The notes beneath the pieces were generated by a model. That model saw nothing but the letters and a program-made list of their open reading frames with translations. It was not told the origin of the DNA and ran no database searches. Positions 1 to 13,351 of a DNA stretch of 64,000 bases are shown here, one piece after another. This stretch comes from Balanoglossus misakiensis (lineage: Eukaryota; Animalia; Hemichordata), in assembly GCA_040954595.2 (NCBI GenBank), contig CM082592.2, forward strand, positions 7,923,677 through 7,987,676, given 5' to 3'. A program made the position numbers and the translations under genes. Position 1 is the stretch's first letter, and each line of letters starts with the position of its first letter.

Positions 1-1399
1 ACCGGAAGATGCTGGAGCGCTGGAACAAGATGCGGGAGGTCACCCAGCCGTTTGTGCACCCGATCAGGAAACACTTGAAGGAGCTGGAGGAGATCAAGTG
101 CGAGAAGAAGAAGAGCAAATTGGCGAGAAACGTCAAGGTGGTCGGTCAGGGCGGTGGTGACAATAATCCTGTGGTCAGTCAACCGCTGATTACAGGGTTT
201 ACGCCCATAGAGGTCCCCGGTAACCAGATGCAGCCGTTGATCAGCCAGCCACTGGCAACGTTTGACGGTAATGTATTCGGCTCTAGTAAAGATAAGACTG
301 TAATGGCCCCTCAGCAGAACGCATTGGAATCTACACAGCTGACAGCTGAACCAAGGAAACAGTTGCCGACCGTACAACCCGGCGAAGTTAACCAGTCATT
401 ACCGGTGGAAGTATTTACAACCAGCTTGGATTGTGCCGAGTCCAGCCAGGGACTAGGTGCCAGGCCGGCAGTGCAACGTAACGACCAGCCATACACCACC
501 GTGGCATCCCAGGCATACGCGCCAGCCGCAGCAGCGATTTCGCAGAGCGTACCTCAACAAACCAGTCTCGCTACAACCCAACTAACTGACAACAAAACCG
601 TCGTCGTAAGTCCGTACGAGTACAGAACCCCGAGAGACACACCCTCCCCGCCGACATCCAATCAGGTCTCCCCGCCGACGTACTCTGTTGCCATGGCAGC
701 AAAGGAAATAAGCAGCACTGTAACCGTGACCTCTGAAACCCTGGGGAAACCTGAAATGAAAGCGGCATCACTGCTACCAGCACAGACTCACAATCCATCC
801 ACAGTCAACGCACAGAACCAACAGTCCTCCAATCAAGCCCTCCTCCCGACCCTTGACCTCTACGCAAAGCCCCACAATTCGCCGCCCGACCTCGCCATGG
901 TCACCAAGCAGCTGTCCAGGAACATCATGGAGGACACCCTGCCCCCGTTGCTACAGCTGACCCCAAAGGGAGACGGCAGCGGTTACGGTCTTGGGTTTGA
1001 CATCGATGAACTGCTCAGCCAATCGCTTGGTCTGCCAGAGCCCCAGCCAGCAGTGGGTGCCTTCAGAGAACGAGAAAGGTAATTACAAACAAACATACTA
1101 CAGTCTGCTGTCCTTTGCCAATTTTAGTTTGTGGAGATATATTGTTAGTTTCCGAACCCATCAACACAGTAAAGCAGAGCACCGTTGTTTCACCTAAATC
1201 ACTGATCATTTTCTCATTTGTTTCTCACCAATCCAGCGCTCTCAGACAAGATTCGGCCCCCCTGTCGGCATCCCTGATAGCCGATTGGTTGGACGTCAGA
1301 CACCTGGACCAAGCCGACATGATGGCCCTGCAACAGGAATTGGGAATCACGTCTCCGGTGACCTTTGACAACCTTCAGGACTTTCCAGCCAATCAGTGA
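1..1399 (+). CDS. MAPK7: MAPK7/ERK5, 3' part (last two coding exons 1-1078 and 1237-1399; 5' part outside window)
   Basis: Matches ERK5 C-terminal tail motifs: RKMLERWNKM (human RSLLERWTRM), LPPLLQLTPKGDGSGYGLGFDIDELL (human TPKG..GYGVGFDLEEFL), and SAPLSASLIADWL...MMALQQELGITSP (human SASLSASLLADWL...SLQREIQMDSP). GT-AG intron 1079-1236 is phase-compatible. Stop at 1397-1399. Confidence 0.9.
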
Positions 1400-1914
1400 C
1401 GTGCAGGTTGCTCTGGAAAACTGTGATTGGTTGATGCAATCAAACATGTACATTTCTTCTGAAACTGAAATATACTGGGATGTCTGTAATACTTTTTTCT
1501 GACAACATCACAGTGGATTCTAAATTTTAACTACAGAAGCCTGCTTATCAGAATTACATGATATGTTTATGTGTATAAACAACTTCTTCGAGAATATCAT
1601 TTGTACAGTATAGTCTGTAAGAACAATTTGTGTTTATGTGTAGTGTGAACACGTAAAATTGTGCCATATTTCAGATTTTGCTATCAGAATAATTCTCCTT
1701 GTGTCAGAAGAATGTTTAAATTTCACTCGTATTCGTGCTAAACTTTTTACTTGGCAATTCATGAGAGGCTGTCTACAGGTTACGATACCAAGCTATTTGG
1801 TGAAAAAAAAATTATGTGTGAAAGACAAATGGTCTGTGTCCTGTAAGACATCCAAAGAGTATTATTGCTGTATTTATTGTCATCTGCAGTACTTGAAGAG
1901 TGGTAATGATGGTA

Positions 1915-1920
1915 AATAAA
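1915..1920 (+). terminator. Probable polyadenylation signal of MAPK7
   Basis: AATAAA about 515 nt after the stop codon, following an AT-rich 3' UTR. Confidence 0.5.
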
Positions 1921-2919
1921 AAAACTTATTTTCTAACCCATCTGTAGTTGTTGATAAACCACCCATCCACCTTGACCAAACACCTTCCTTGCCCCCAACT
2001 TTCTTGTTGTTCATCTCGGCATGCTACTGACGTCACAGAATAACGATTCAAACCTCTGTACTTCTAAAACTAGGTTAATGCAAACGAGTACAGTGCACTT
2101 TTTTTATCTCCCCAGAGTGCTGCAACCAGTGCGATATTACATAAATACGCAGTACTCTAATCGACACAATAATGGGCAGACCAATTTCAATTCATCCTGC
2201 GCGAAACATTGAAGCATAAACCACCGCTCCATTCCATACACGCCCTTTTATTGATCGCATTGCAATTGTATGCATGCGGTGGAACTGGCAATCTCTACTT
2301 TGCTGCAGAGCTCTCGTGGGAATACCATTCTTTAACAACCTCGAGCATACTCACATTTCAGGCTTAAATTCAAATTTGAAAGTTAAAAACCACAAATCAA
2401 GTTTCTATGGTTTCCAATAACCATCAACACACAGCACAATTTTATACAAATCAGAATTTGATTCTTTTTTTCATAAAACCCAACTTGAATTGGCACTGTA
2501 GCTATACAGCCAATCTCACTCACCCCACTGTAACAATTGTCAGAGTGAAATAACTTCCTAGCGTGTGGTGAAAAGGGACTGTATACGCATTCAAAATTAA
2601 GTACTTTTTGTTAAAAAGGGGCATTTGCAAAATGACCCTTGATATTTATATTTAGAGATGAGGTCCATGCAATTCGAAACCCCCACGGAATATCATATAA
2701 TATTAAAACTAACTCTTTCTTTACAAAAAAGGTAAAATGTGGTAGTGCACTTCAACCACTGCCAATACCCCCACTGACCTGCAGTGGTGTACAACAAAAC
2801 TATACCTCATATTTTGAGTGGACCCGACATGTATCTTTTGCCATCTTCAAATATAATCATCAACATTTTGACAGTACCAGGTGTAGTCTGATTTCATGCA
2901 TATATAACGTCCTATCATA

Positions 2920-5900
2920 TCACGGACAATATCTGGTTGTGGAGTTGATCAGAGATTGGTAATGTTGTCGCAGTGCGTAGGCGGCCATCTTGGGTTGTCG
3001 TTGTCGTGTAAACACGCCTTTTCTATTACCAGCTACCCTGGTGACCCCTGAAAGGAAAATAACGCGTTGATAAAGAACGAATGGCCAGCCAGGCTCCATC
3101 TTGTCATAATTTGCAAGGGCAAGTCAATCTGAGAAGTCTTACTGAAAGGAAGATACTCATTGGTCAGAGTATGTCTGGATAATTGGCTATGTGATTATCA
3201 AACCTGTCTATGCATGCTATGTGTCACAGATACATGTTAGTCACAAAGTTCAACCCTTTAACTACAATGGTTTGGTCCAAATCCACCGTTTTCTATGGCA
3301 CAGCTGGACTTCTACACAAGAGAACAGGGGTGAAATTACTTACAGTTCATTACCCTGTATCGTCATGAAATCAGCAAAGTTCCACACCATCTCTCCCACA
3401 AGGAACTCCTTCCGTAGTTTCTCGAAAACCACGAAATGTTCTTGCAAGAGTACTGCTTGGTAGTCTTCCGAGAAAGCCACTTCGGGATTCTGCCAAATCA
3501 AAACATGAACATTTTGTCTCACTGCATAATGATTGCGAGACCTAATTCACACTGGAGACAGACACTGATGCTCTTTAGGTAATACATGTACATACACAGA
3601 CATCCTTGTTAAGCATGGGAAAATCTAAATCCACGGCTACGATACGCAACCTATTAATTCTATTTACTTTGTAACGAACTCATTTGTACAGGGCTGCTCA
3701 ACTTACCAAATGTATACCGGCAATGCTGCCGGCTCCATACTCTGTTTGTATGATGGGCTTTTTGCGTTTATTAAACCACTGTCTCAGATTGTACTCCAAC
3801 TGCAATTGGATGACTTCCGTGTGGCCTGTGTCTGAATACCATGCGTAGTAACTGTTCAGGCACACCACATCAACAAACTGTGTCTGGGGAAAAAAAACAG
3901 GGCATACGTTGTCTATTGAGCAATGGACGTGTTTTTGTATGATGTTTTAATTGTATGTCTTACTCTATATGTACATTTGATACAAAAAAAGCACTTTGCT
4001 AAAAACAGGAGAAAGGAAAAATATGCTAAAGATTCATGCATAGTCAGTGGTTTCATCACCAGCTTGTATGGACTTACTGCATGATCAGTATCGTAACCAT
4101 GGTTACAGACAAAGGTCACCGGTCTTGAACTTGGATCAATGTCTCTGGTGTGGGAGATGACGGATCTGGAGGAGTGAAACAACCAACAAAAATAATTCAA
4201 ACCAATGTCACATTTTCACACAAAGTCAATCATAGGCAGCCATGATTGACATGGCTCCATCCATGTATCACACTTTTTCGACCATGAATTTTGGGCAGAA
4301 ATTCATACACATGTATTGGAAAACGTACTTGAAATAGGCCTCTGCAAACGGAGAATTAGATGCTGGTTCGTTGGCGACCGACCACATGATGACGGCCGGC
4401 CTGTTCTTGTCTCTCCTGACCAACTCTTCCATTACTTCCAGGTGATGATTCAGGGATTTGTTGCTGAAATTCTCTGGTCTGTACAAAAATGAAATGGGAA
4501 CGTCTGCTCAGAGAACCTGATACACAATACAATACAAAACAATACAATACAATACAATACAATACAATACAATACAATACAATGCAATACAATGCAATAC
4601 AATACAATACAATACAATACAATACAATGCAATGCAATACAATACAATACAATACAATACAATACAATACAATACAATACAATACAATACAAAACAATAT
4701 TTTATAATATCCGTACACTCACTCTTTAATTCCCACTCCGGGACACTCATCAATGACAACTATTCCGTGCCTGTCTGCCATATCCATGATTTCATCAGCA
4801 TACGGATAATGACTGGTCCGGAAACAATTGGCACCCAACCATTTCAGTAGATTGAAATCTTTCGTGATCAGTGGTAGATCGACTCCTTTCCCTCGGAACT
4901 GAAATGAAAGACATTAGAAGTTAATTTTGATACCTTTCTCATGATGTCAAAGGTCAACAGGTGTCAGGGTGGAAATGAACTAGAGGGTATACATGCCTGT
5001 GGCAGTAGAAAAGTGATGTTTTGGTATTTTTTTTAGAGGTATAAAAAATGGCTATGCAGATAAATCTTACATCAGAGTCTTCATGCTTCCCGACGCCCTG
5101 ACAGTAGAATGGTTTGTCGTTGATCAAAATCTGCGTGTTTGTCGTCTTCACAGTCCGTATGCCGACCGGTAAACGATACACATCACTGAAGCCACCTGAC
5201 ATGACAGACACCTGTGAAAAGAACAATTCTTTGATACAGGTATTATGTGTGCTAAAACTACTCATGCTGTTGCTGCTTGGTGAAATTTAGTTGTACTTGT
5301 ACTTACCTTGAGAGTATACAAATAAGCCGTCTCATTACTCATTGTATAGGGCCACCAGAAATGTGCGTTGCTGACTGACAACTGATCCTGAAGACCTTTC
5401 TTGCTGGCCACAGTTTTATCTTCTTTATCGAGTAGATCAACTTGTGAAACAACATCGTTTTTACCGATACTTCCACCAACTTTTACCTCATAATTCACCA
5501 GGCCTGAAAGTTTGGGTAGACGAACAGTAGTGATAACGATTGATCAGAAAATTCATTTAACTCAGTCTGAAGTATAAATTTCCTAAATATAGCTCACTGT
5601 GTATTTGAAATGTACAAAAAAGATATAATACCACCGTACCTGTAGTTCCCGATATATCAGTGATCACGGTGATGTCATCAATGTACACCTGTGGTGTTGT
5701 GTAGAGTTTTACTGGTCTGTGTATTCCTGCATAGTTGAAGAAATCCATCTGGAGATTTTGAACGAAGTATCCGGGCGGGTATCTGTGTGGGACAAACAAA
5801 CTTGTGGTAATATCATGTGGATATTTGCAAAAATAATAGCAACAAAGACCAAGCTAATATTGACATATGAAAAGTTAAATGTTCCCACTGGTGTAAGATT

Positions 5901-7016
5901 TTTTTAAAAACTGAGAGTTTTCAAGAACTGGTTAAAATAATTCCACTGCTGTTTTTAAAAGGCATCATATCTGTAAATGTTTCTTTCTGTGTCATAACAC
6001 ACATCATATGTATTACCTGTTTGTATCTGTTTTGTACTCAATGGTTCCTGGAGGCAGTGTATGCGGTGAGAGAGTGTTGTTAACAGCGGCGGTTATTCTG
6101 TTGCTACTGCCGTACACCAGTTTATCACTGATTTCACTCTCGAATGGTAGATGACCCCCATCGTGTCTCATAATCTCTTCTCCATTTAGCCACTAAAAGA
6201 AAACAATCATCAATACACCTGTAGAACTATGAAGTTTGAAAATTTTGCAGGGGTTGACATGATATTATGAACACAAATTGCTTATCATTCACTGTAAAAC
6301 CTCGTTATTACTTACCACAATAGTGTAGTAATGAGCACTTTCAAAGCGTAGCACAACTCTCTGTTTGACACGTTGCCAAGACGACGGTGGATAAAACTGC
6401 CTGTCGTACCAGACCCAGCCAATAAAGTCTCGGAGTGACTTGTCTTGGGTGACATCATTGAAACTGGACGGCACTGGCATGTCAATCACGGGGCCTGACT
6501 GTACGAGTGGAAAAATACAGATATATTATGATTAAATAAACTATGATTAAATTAAGGCTTCTATAGTAACCAAGGCGAGCGGAAGGCAACTTTCCGTCAG
6601 GTTGCCTGCCACGCCCCCCGACCACGCCCACTCCCTGTAAGTCTGGACGCGGTGCAACATTATGGGTGCATCACACGGCTTAGACACCTGCTGTTCCACA
6701 GATTCTGTTTTGCCTGGGGTTGGGGATCGGACGGCAAAACCAGACCCCTTCCTCTCCCCAAACCAAGTACACGAGTCACTTCAAAGTTCAGTGCACTTTT
6801 TACCTTCGATAATGTTTGCTTGTACCACTGTTGCTCGAACCCTGCGTTGCGATTACTGGAATTGTCCGCTCTAAAACTCCACATTCCGCACAGATCCTTG
6901 GTTTCCCTCGATTCGCTATCCCTCGGATAAAGCATTCCCCCCTGAACGGCACCATGGCAAAGTTGTAGGAAACACAAGAAAGTACAAGAAAGGACGACAA
7001 CCTGGAGAGTTCCCAT
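2920..7016 (-). CDS. GUSB: Beta-glucuronidase (GH2), 12 exons, ~635 aa
   Basis: Exons: 7016-6804, 6498-6316, 6192-6017, 5782-5640, 5503-5307, 5211-5071, 4898-4723, 4478-4329, 4165-4078, 3883-3707, 3489-3354, 3047-2920. All GT-AG and phase-consistent. Signal peptide, then [37 protein letters not shown] (acid/base Glu), TEYGA (nucleophile), [19 protein letters not shown]. Confidence 0.97.
4525..4699. repeat. (AATAC)n pentanucleotide microsatellite filling most of GUSB intron 7
   Basis: Direct tandem AATAC/AATGC units; produces the spurious CIVLY/YNTIQ ORFs. Confidence 0.97.
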
Positions 7017-7411
7017 GTTGGAAAATACCGCCACCGCTATTTTTAGACTAGCACTAAAGCATTATGGGTAAGGAAAGAACCCATAGTTGAGTGCGCCACC
7101 AATCGGTTTTTTCTCAGCACACTCTTATAAAGGGGTGATCGGCTTCAAAACAAGGTGGTTAGATTGGAGATTTTTGGGGGAAGCAGGCGTTTTCAATCTT
7201 GATAACTAACTTTACAAAAATACAAGCCTTCCATCACAGCAGCGAAGATACTATCAAATAATGGAATATAATGACAGACGCGACATTACCCTCCGTTGTG
7301 ATACACGTGAAATTAGTGGTTTCTTCCAGAGGTCGCAAGCGGTCACATTTCCGCAACTGAAAGCGAGGCTAAGTCCACATGTGTTGATGGTGAAATAATC
7401 GTAAAGAAAAC
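7017..7411. promoter_or_regulatory. Bidirectional promoter GUSB/PES1
   Basis: Divergent start codons only ~395 bp apart, in a CpG-rich stretch. ZNF143/STAF-like TACCCATAATGC on the minus strand at 7059-7070; CTCF-like motif at 7091-7106. Confidence 0.75.
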
Positions 7412-10400
7412 ATGGGCAGAGAAAAGAAAAAGGTAAAATTAGTTATCATAATCGCTATAATATTGATGTGTTTCCATTCGACGGTATCGTGTGAATATAT
7501 CACATTACCGTTGATAGTGATCGGACCAAGTGACACTTTCTGAGATCGAGATTGGAAGTCAGTTTCAACTACAGTATTTATGGGTGACTATCCTAATCTA
7601 TGTCTGTATGCAATGTACAGCATGGATAGCAATGTTGAACACGACTGCCCTCCTTTATCGTAATCAGTAATCCACCCATTTCCCCTCACTTCCAGTTTCA
7701 AAGTGGTGCGGCCACGGCTTTCATCACCAGAAACCAAGCCATCAGAAGATTGCAGCTGTCCCTCGCGGATTTCAGGTGAGTTGATTGCTGTGACTGATGT
7801 AGACTGTGTATGACATCATCATTTCGACTTACAATAGTTTCCTTGCATTTGGCATTATGTAAATAATTTGATCACATGTATATTACTGCAGAAAACCCAA
7901 ATTAAACATTTGTTCTTACTATTTTTTCAGGAGATTATGTATCTTGAAGGGCATCTATCCTGTCGAGCCGAGGCATCCCAAGAAAGCCAACAAGGGCAGC
8001 ACAGCTCCAAGGACATTCTACAGAGTCAAGGACATTCAGTTTCTGATGCATGAACCCATCATACAGAAATTCCGAGATTTTAAGGTCAGTGCATTGAAGT
8101 TAATAATATATCCACAGAGGTGAACAGTCATACATACATCAGACTTGACTTTGACCATGAAAAACTATGGGAAATTTCACATATAAATGTCAAAAGTGGA
8201 TATAGTTGAAGCAAAGAAAAATTGTCTTTATGAACTGCAAAAGCCTTGCCTTCAGAAAACTAATACATTCTTGTGTGTTTGCCTGTGTTTCTTTTCTTCC
8301 CAGATATTTATGCGTAAACTTTCAAAAGCATTTGGGAAAGCAGAATACGGAGCTGTAGACAGACTCAGAAAGAACAAACCTTTGTACAGACTTGATCATG
8401 TCGTGAAGGAAAGGTAATGGTCATGTTTCATGGCATAGATCACATTGATGACTGAATACAGGTGTTGTGATTTTCACACACACACATATGAGCACACGCA
8501 CAACTGATGTTCCTTTTTTGTCTTATTTTACTTTGATACAGGTACCCAACATTTGTTGATGCGCTTCGAGACCTGGACGACCCTTTGACCATGTGTTTCC
8601 TCTTCGCGACATTTCCCAGATCCAGAAGCGTTCAGGTTAACCTCATACAGAAATGTCGACAGCTTACTGTCGAGTTCATGCATTATGTCATCACAGCAAA
8701 GGCTCTCAGAAAGGTCAGTGATGGGTCTTTTTTGGAAGTAGCATTCATGAACCAAATAATCAAATTCTCAGGAACTGCCTGTAAATTATCTATCTATTAT
8801 CTCTCAAATTTTGTGTATACATTTACTAAGGGGCACCCTTGTGGAGAGAGTTTATGATGGGAAAAATAGTCAATATGAGACCAAATATAGCTATTACCTG
8901 TGTGTCACTCTTATGCCAAATCTGATTATATGAGAGCGTGTGTCGTGTTATGAATTCACAATAACAGAAACGATGTTTTACTTCTAGGTGTTTGTTTCAA
9001 TCAAAGGCATTTACTACCAAGTTGAAATTCAGGGCCAGACTATAACCTGGGTGACACCCCATCAGTTTAGTTATCAAGTAAGTCATTTTTGAGTTCATGT
9101 GTCATTAATCTTAAGGAAAACCCATTCCTATTGTCATTCAAAAGAATTTGACTATGTGAGTGTGTGTCGGCAGTTTGCTTGACTGAGAATTTCGAACACA
9201 GAAATTTTCTTGTGGTGGTACTATTATCATTCTTATTTTTTCTATTTTATCCAGAATCCAGTGGATGTAGATTTCAAGGTGATGGCAACATTTGTACAGT
9301 TTTACAACACGTTATTAGGATTTGTGAATTTCAGACTTTATCATGCGTTAAATCTTCACTACCCTCCTAAGGTAAGCATCAGTGTTAATTTGGAATATGA
9401 TTCGATGATCAGCATGGTTTCAAATCTGCTTATGGTGAAATTTGCAGTGGATTGACATGTAAGTATTAACTTGCTGTGTTGTGTTGATTTTGAATCCAGT
9501 TATCGCTGACCGAAGGCACAGGCAGACAAGACAATGACAAGACGTATTGCCTGGATGGCGAGGAAACTGGAGAGAGATTAGCCGCTCTCTCGCAGACCCT
9601 GGCAACCGTTGCCAAGGATGCTGCTGCGGACGAAGATGAAAGTGATGATTTCCCTGCGGGAGGGGTAAGTAGGTTTGATGATAGAGAATGTTGTTTAAGT
9701 TCAATACCAACCTAAACAGTGAGCGTCAAATATCTTACAAAATAGCAATGTCGCTTTAACATTTGAATACCAATATTTTCATCAGACAAGGCAGTCTTCA
9801 ATGTAGGTGATCTCTATGATTTATCTCAACCACAAATGTCTCTGCGCATTTCAGTCAGAAGACCCAGAATTGATCGAGAAAGCCAGGCAAGAAGAAGAGA
9901 AACTCAAGAAACTACAAAGCCTCTTTTCAAATTGCAAAGTCTACCTGTCAAGGGAGATACCTCGGGAATCGCTCACATTTGTCATCAGGTAAAGTATAAT
10001 CCATGTTCAATGCAACAAGACCTTGAGTCGAGAACTTTGCAGTGGGATCATTTCTGAAGATTACTTCTGTTTTCTTCAGGTGTTGTGGAGGGCAGTCGTC
10101 TTGGAACAAATCGCTGTGCATGGGCGCAACCTTTGATGAGACCGACGAGAGCATAACGCACCAGATTGTGGATCGACCCAATCAAGATAAACAGTACCTG
10201 TCAAGGTGAGTGCAAAAGAACAGCAGATCACGTTGCCATGGTAAACGTTGATGCTTGCTCTTCTATTCCATTGTGGTGCAGTTTCTAGTGTGTGTGCTGT
10301 GTTGGTGATAAACCCAATGTGTCATACACAAGTTTAGTTTCCCCCTGAAATTCTGTATTCTGAAATTTGCCTTTTTGGATTTTTGACTTCGGTCGAATCA

Positions 10401-11536
10401 ACGCAGTGGAGAGTGATGAATCATTGATGACATGTATTACTGTTCCTGATTGGCTGAGTAATCTATATCCCTTTCTGGCCTCAGGTACTACGTCCAACCG
10501 CAGTGGGTGTTTGACAGCGTCAACGCCGGCATGCTTCTCCCCGTGGAGGACTACTTCCCCGGGGTGGTTCTGCCACCCCATTTGTCGCCGTTTGTGCGGG
10601 AGGAGGAGGGTGACTACATACCCCCCGAGAGACTAGCCTTGCTGGACAAACAGATGGGCTTTGATTCAGGTGAATATCATCTCTCTTAAAGAGTTTTGAA
10701 CAAGTTTCACTCCCGGTTGTTTGTAAAAAAAAATCATGATAATGTTAAGGCTTTATAACAGGTAGCTTATAACTTGTTTCTTCAGGAATTGCAAAGACCA
10801 ATTCCTCTGAATCTGAGGCAGAGGAGGAGGAGGGAGTAGAAGAAAAGGAGGAAGAGGTCGGGGAGGAAGAAGATATTGAAAATGATGATGGTGATGATGA
10901 TGATGATGAGGAGGAGGAGAGTGATGATGAAGAGAAAGAAACCAAACCTAAAAGACAGGCCAAGAAAACAAAAGAGAGCAGAAAAAGAAAACATGAGGTA
11001 CGTACTGATGGTGGAAGAGTGGCTTCCCTAGCAAACCGAATACAACTTAATTTTGAAGACATTATTATAGCTTTCACCTGCCTTTTCGACATCTCAAACT
11101 CACCAGACAAAAAGTAAATTCTATTCCTGTGATAATTTAACTTGTGTGTTCATCTGCCACAGGAACTCAACGTGAGCGCCCTCTCAGTCGAGGCAGGCCA
11201 GGTGGAGTTTGAAAACCCACGGGTTAAGAAAGAAAAGGAATCGCAAGAAGAGAAACGATTAGCTGTGATGATGATTCCAAAGAAGAAGAAACGTCTGTAC
11301 AATAAAATCATGTTCAAAAGAAAGATGCAAGCCAAGGAGGTGAGTGTGTGTCGTCTTACATCAGAGTTTTCGAACAATGTGGGAATCAGGTTAGATTTTA
11401 GTTTTAGAAACTGACCTCTGTGACCACCTGTTGAATTTTTTTCTCCTCTTTGTTTCAGGCGCGGAAATTAACAGCGAAGAGAAAACAGTACGATAAAGAG
11501 ATGAAGAAGAAAAAGAAGTCGAGGTCTGACGAGTAG
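7412..11536 (+). CDS. PES1: Pescadillo homolog (PeBoW complex), 14 exons, ~606 aa
   Basis: Exons: 7412-7432, 7696-7775, 7931-8084, 8304-8413, 8542-8713, 8988-9077, 9255-9371, 9500-9664, 9855-9988, 10080-10205, 10485-10669, 10786-10997, 11163-11339, 11459-11536. Motifs: [39 protein letters not shown]-region [19 protein letters not shown], acidic tract and Lys-rich C-terminus. Confidence 0.97.
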
Positions 11537-11684
11537 GCGGCAGATTCGGGGACCTCTTGCCTGTCAACATCATCCATCGTGAATTAATTTGATTTTCATC
11601 TTTTTTCGCTCAAGAATACTTCACCTGTTAAGACAAGCCCTCACAGACTATGTATCAGAACTTTACAGCGACATACTTTTAAAG

Positions 11685-11690
11685 AATAAA
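11685..11690 (+). terminator. Probable polyadenylation signal of PES1
   Basis: AATAAA about 150 nt after the stop codon. Confidence 0.55.
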
Positions 11691-12822
11691 AAAGACACGC
11701 TATCCAGAGCCATGTGTTTCAGTGTGTATTGTTTTACCTGTCTTTCCATAGCTCACCACAATACATGTATCATGTGCAAGCCACGCACACCACAAACATA
11801 TCTTCTGATCTTGCAGTTATCAGTTGTATAATATCAAAACCACTTGCTGCGAAGCTAGGGAGAAATCTGTCAAGGACCCCTCAACTTAGTGAAATTGTTG
11901 CAAGCTAGATTGTAGTGTGATGTATTATAATGGCTTGATATCGTATGATTCAGTTTATAATGTATGCAGCCAGACCTTACATAGCTGCTTGGTTCGATTG
12001 CTATGGGTACATCCTTAGAATACTGTATCCAGATGATGCAATGGCCAGTGTAACTGAAGGTCATTCACAAAGTTCAAAGGGCAATGAACCTGCCCAGATT
12101 TTGTCTTATGTAAAAAAAAAAAATCAGATTGTCGCATCTTTTCAGTGCCTAGATTTGGTCTTTGTAAAAATCTATTCAGACTGTTGCATCATTTAAGTTG
12201 AATGTACAGTCAGTCTCATGGGAAAAAATTGGTCCCATTATAACCTTCCAGGCCAGACTGTCATGTTGAGTACTAATTGATTATCCCTGAAATATCCTCT
12301 TCATTTTTTCCCCATTGGAATTCAAATCCATTGATCCTGATGCCGGCATTGCTTCCTGGCAGGGGGTGCCGCACTATGGTTATGGTGGCAAGTTTGGGTG
12401 TGTGTGTGTGTTTGATTGCTGTAAGGTGGATATATCATGTTGGTGTTGCAAATAATTATATCCCAGGTAGAGATGTGTATTTATATTATTTACTTCCTTC
12501 CCAAAACCTGTACATAATTACAAAACACCTCGAACTGCACTGCTTTAAAAATATTCAAATTATCTTATTAAGGCCAAGTAGACGATTTTTTACACTTGGA
12601 GGGGGAGGGAAGAAAAAAAAAATTTTTTTTACAGATTTAAGATCTATCTATACAAACTTTTGTTTTTGTCATGACCGCCTTCATCATGGACCATGCAATC
12701 TAATAAAAATTTGAGTGTGGTTCACAAAAGAGGTAATAAATGCTGTTTCCAAAATCAAGCATAGGTGACCTGCACCACTAAGGTACTTTTCAGATTGGCC
12801 AACCGTGTGGGTCAACCTTTTT

Positions 12823-12900
12823 GAAGCCAGTTGCTGATTGGTCAGTTTTGTGCGCCCACGTTTAGAAGCCCGTTGCTGATTGGTAAATTTTGTGGGGTCC
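12823..12900. repeat. Two-copy imperfect direct repeat (~41 bp period)
   Basis: GAAGCCAGTTGCTGATTGGTCAGTTTTGTG versus GAAGCCCGTTGCTGATTGGTAAATTTTGTG; possibly a transposon relic. Confidence 0.6.
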
Positions 12901-13351
12901 ACCAGGGATTAATTTAATAACTTGTTTTGATTTTTGTGCAGAACAATTTGACTTTTTGAAAGTGTGCCACCCATTATTTCCATACTTCTCACATGTGGCA
13001 ACACGGCACTAGAATGGTTGCGGTTAGCCGACGTCCAACTACATGTAAACACTAAAGGGATCCCTCTTCATTATTTTTTTACTTGTTTGTCATGGCAAGG
13101 TAACTGCTGGTCCCCACACTGTAATGGGTTAATCCCAAACTGCATTGCTTTTTACGTTGTATGTCAGCACCAGAACAGCAAGACTCGCGAGTACATGTTA
13201 TCAGCAAAGTATTTCTCACATTTTTTTTACCCATCATGCTTGAATTCTCTCTGAAAAATACCGCTGACAAAAATCTTGCTCGTTTTGAACGCTTTGGTTT
13301 CAAGTGCACCAGTAACGCTTCCTCTTCTTGGAATGTTTTAAAAACTTCCGC

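Noticed and set aside
4356-4850. Repetitive ORFs CIVLY / QYNTI
   Set aside because: Translations of an intronic (AATAC)n microsatellite.
10413-10458. C-box GTGATGA with downstream CTGA in PES1 intron 10 (possible C/D snoRNA); similar weak case at 8854-8925
   Set aside because: Spacing too short or C box imperfect, no convincing terminal stem, and no rRNA guide I can recognise.
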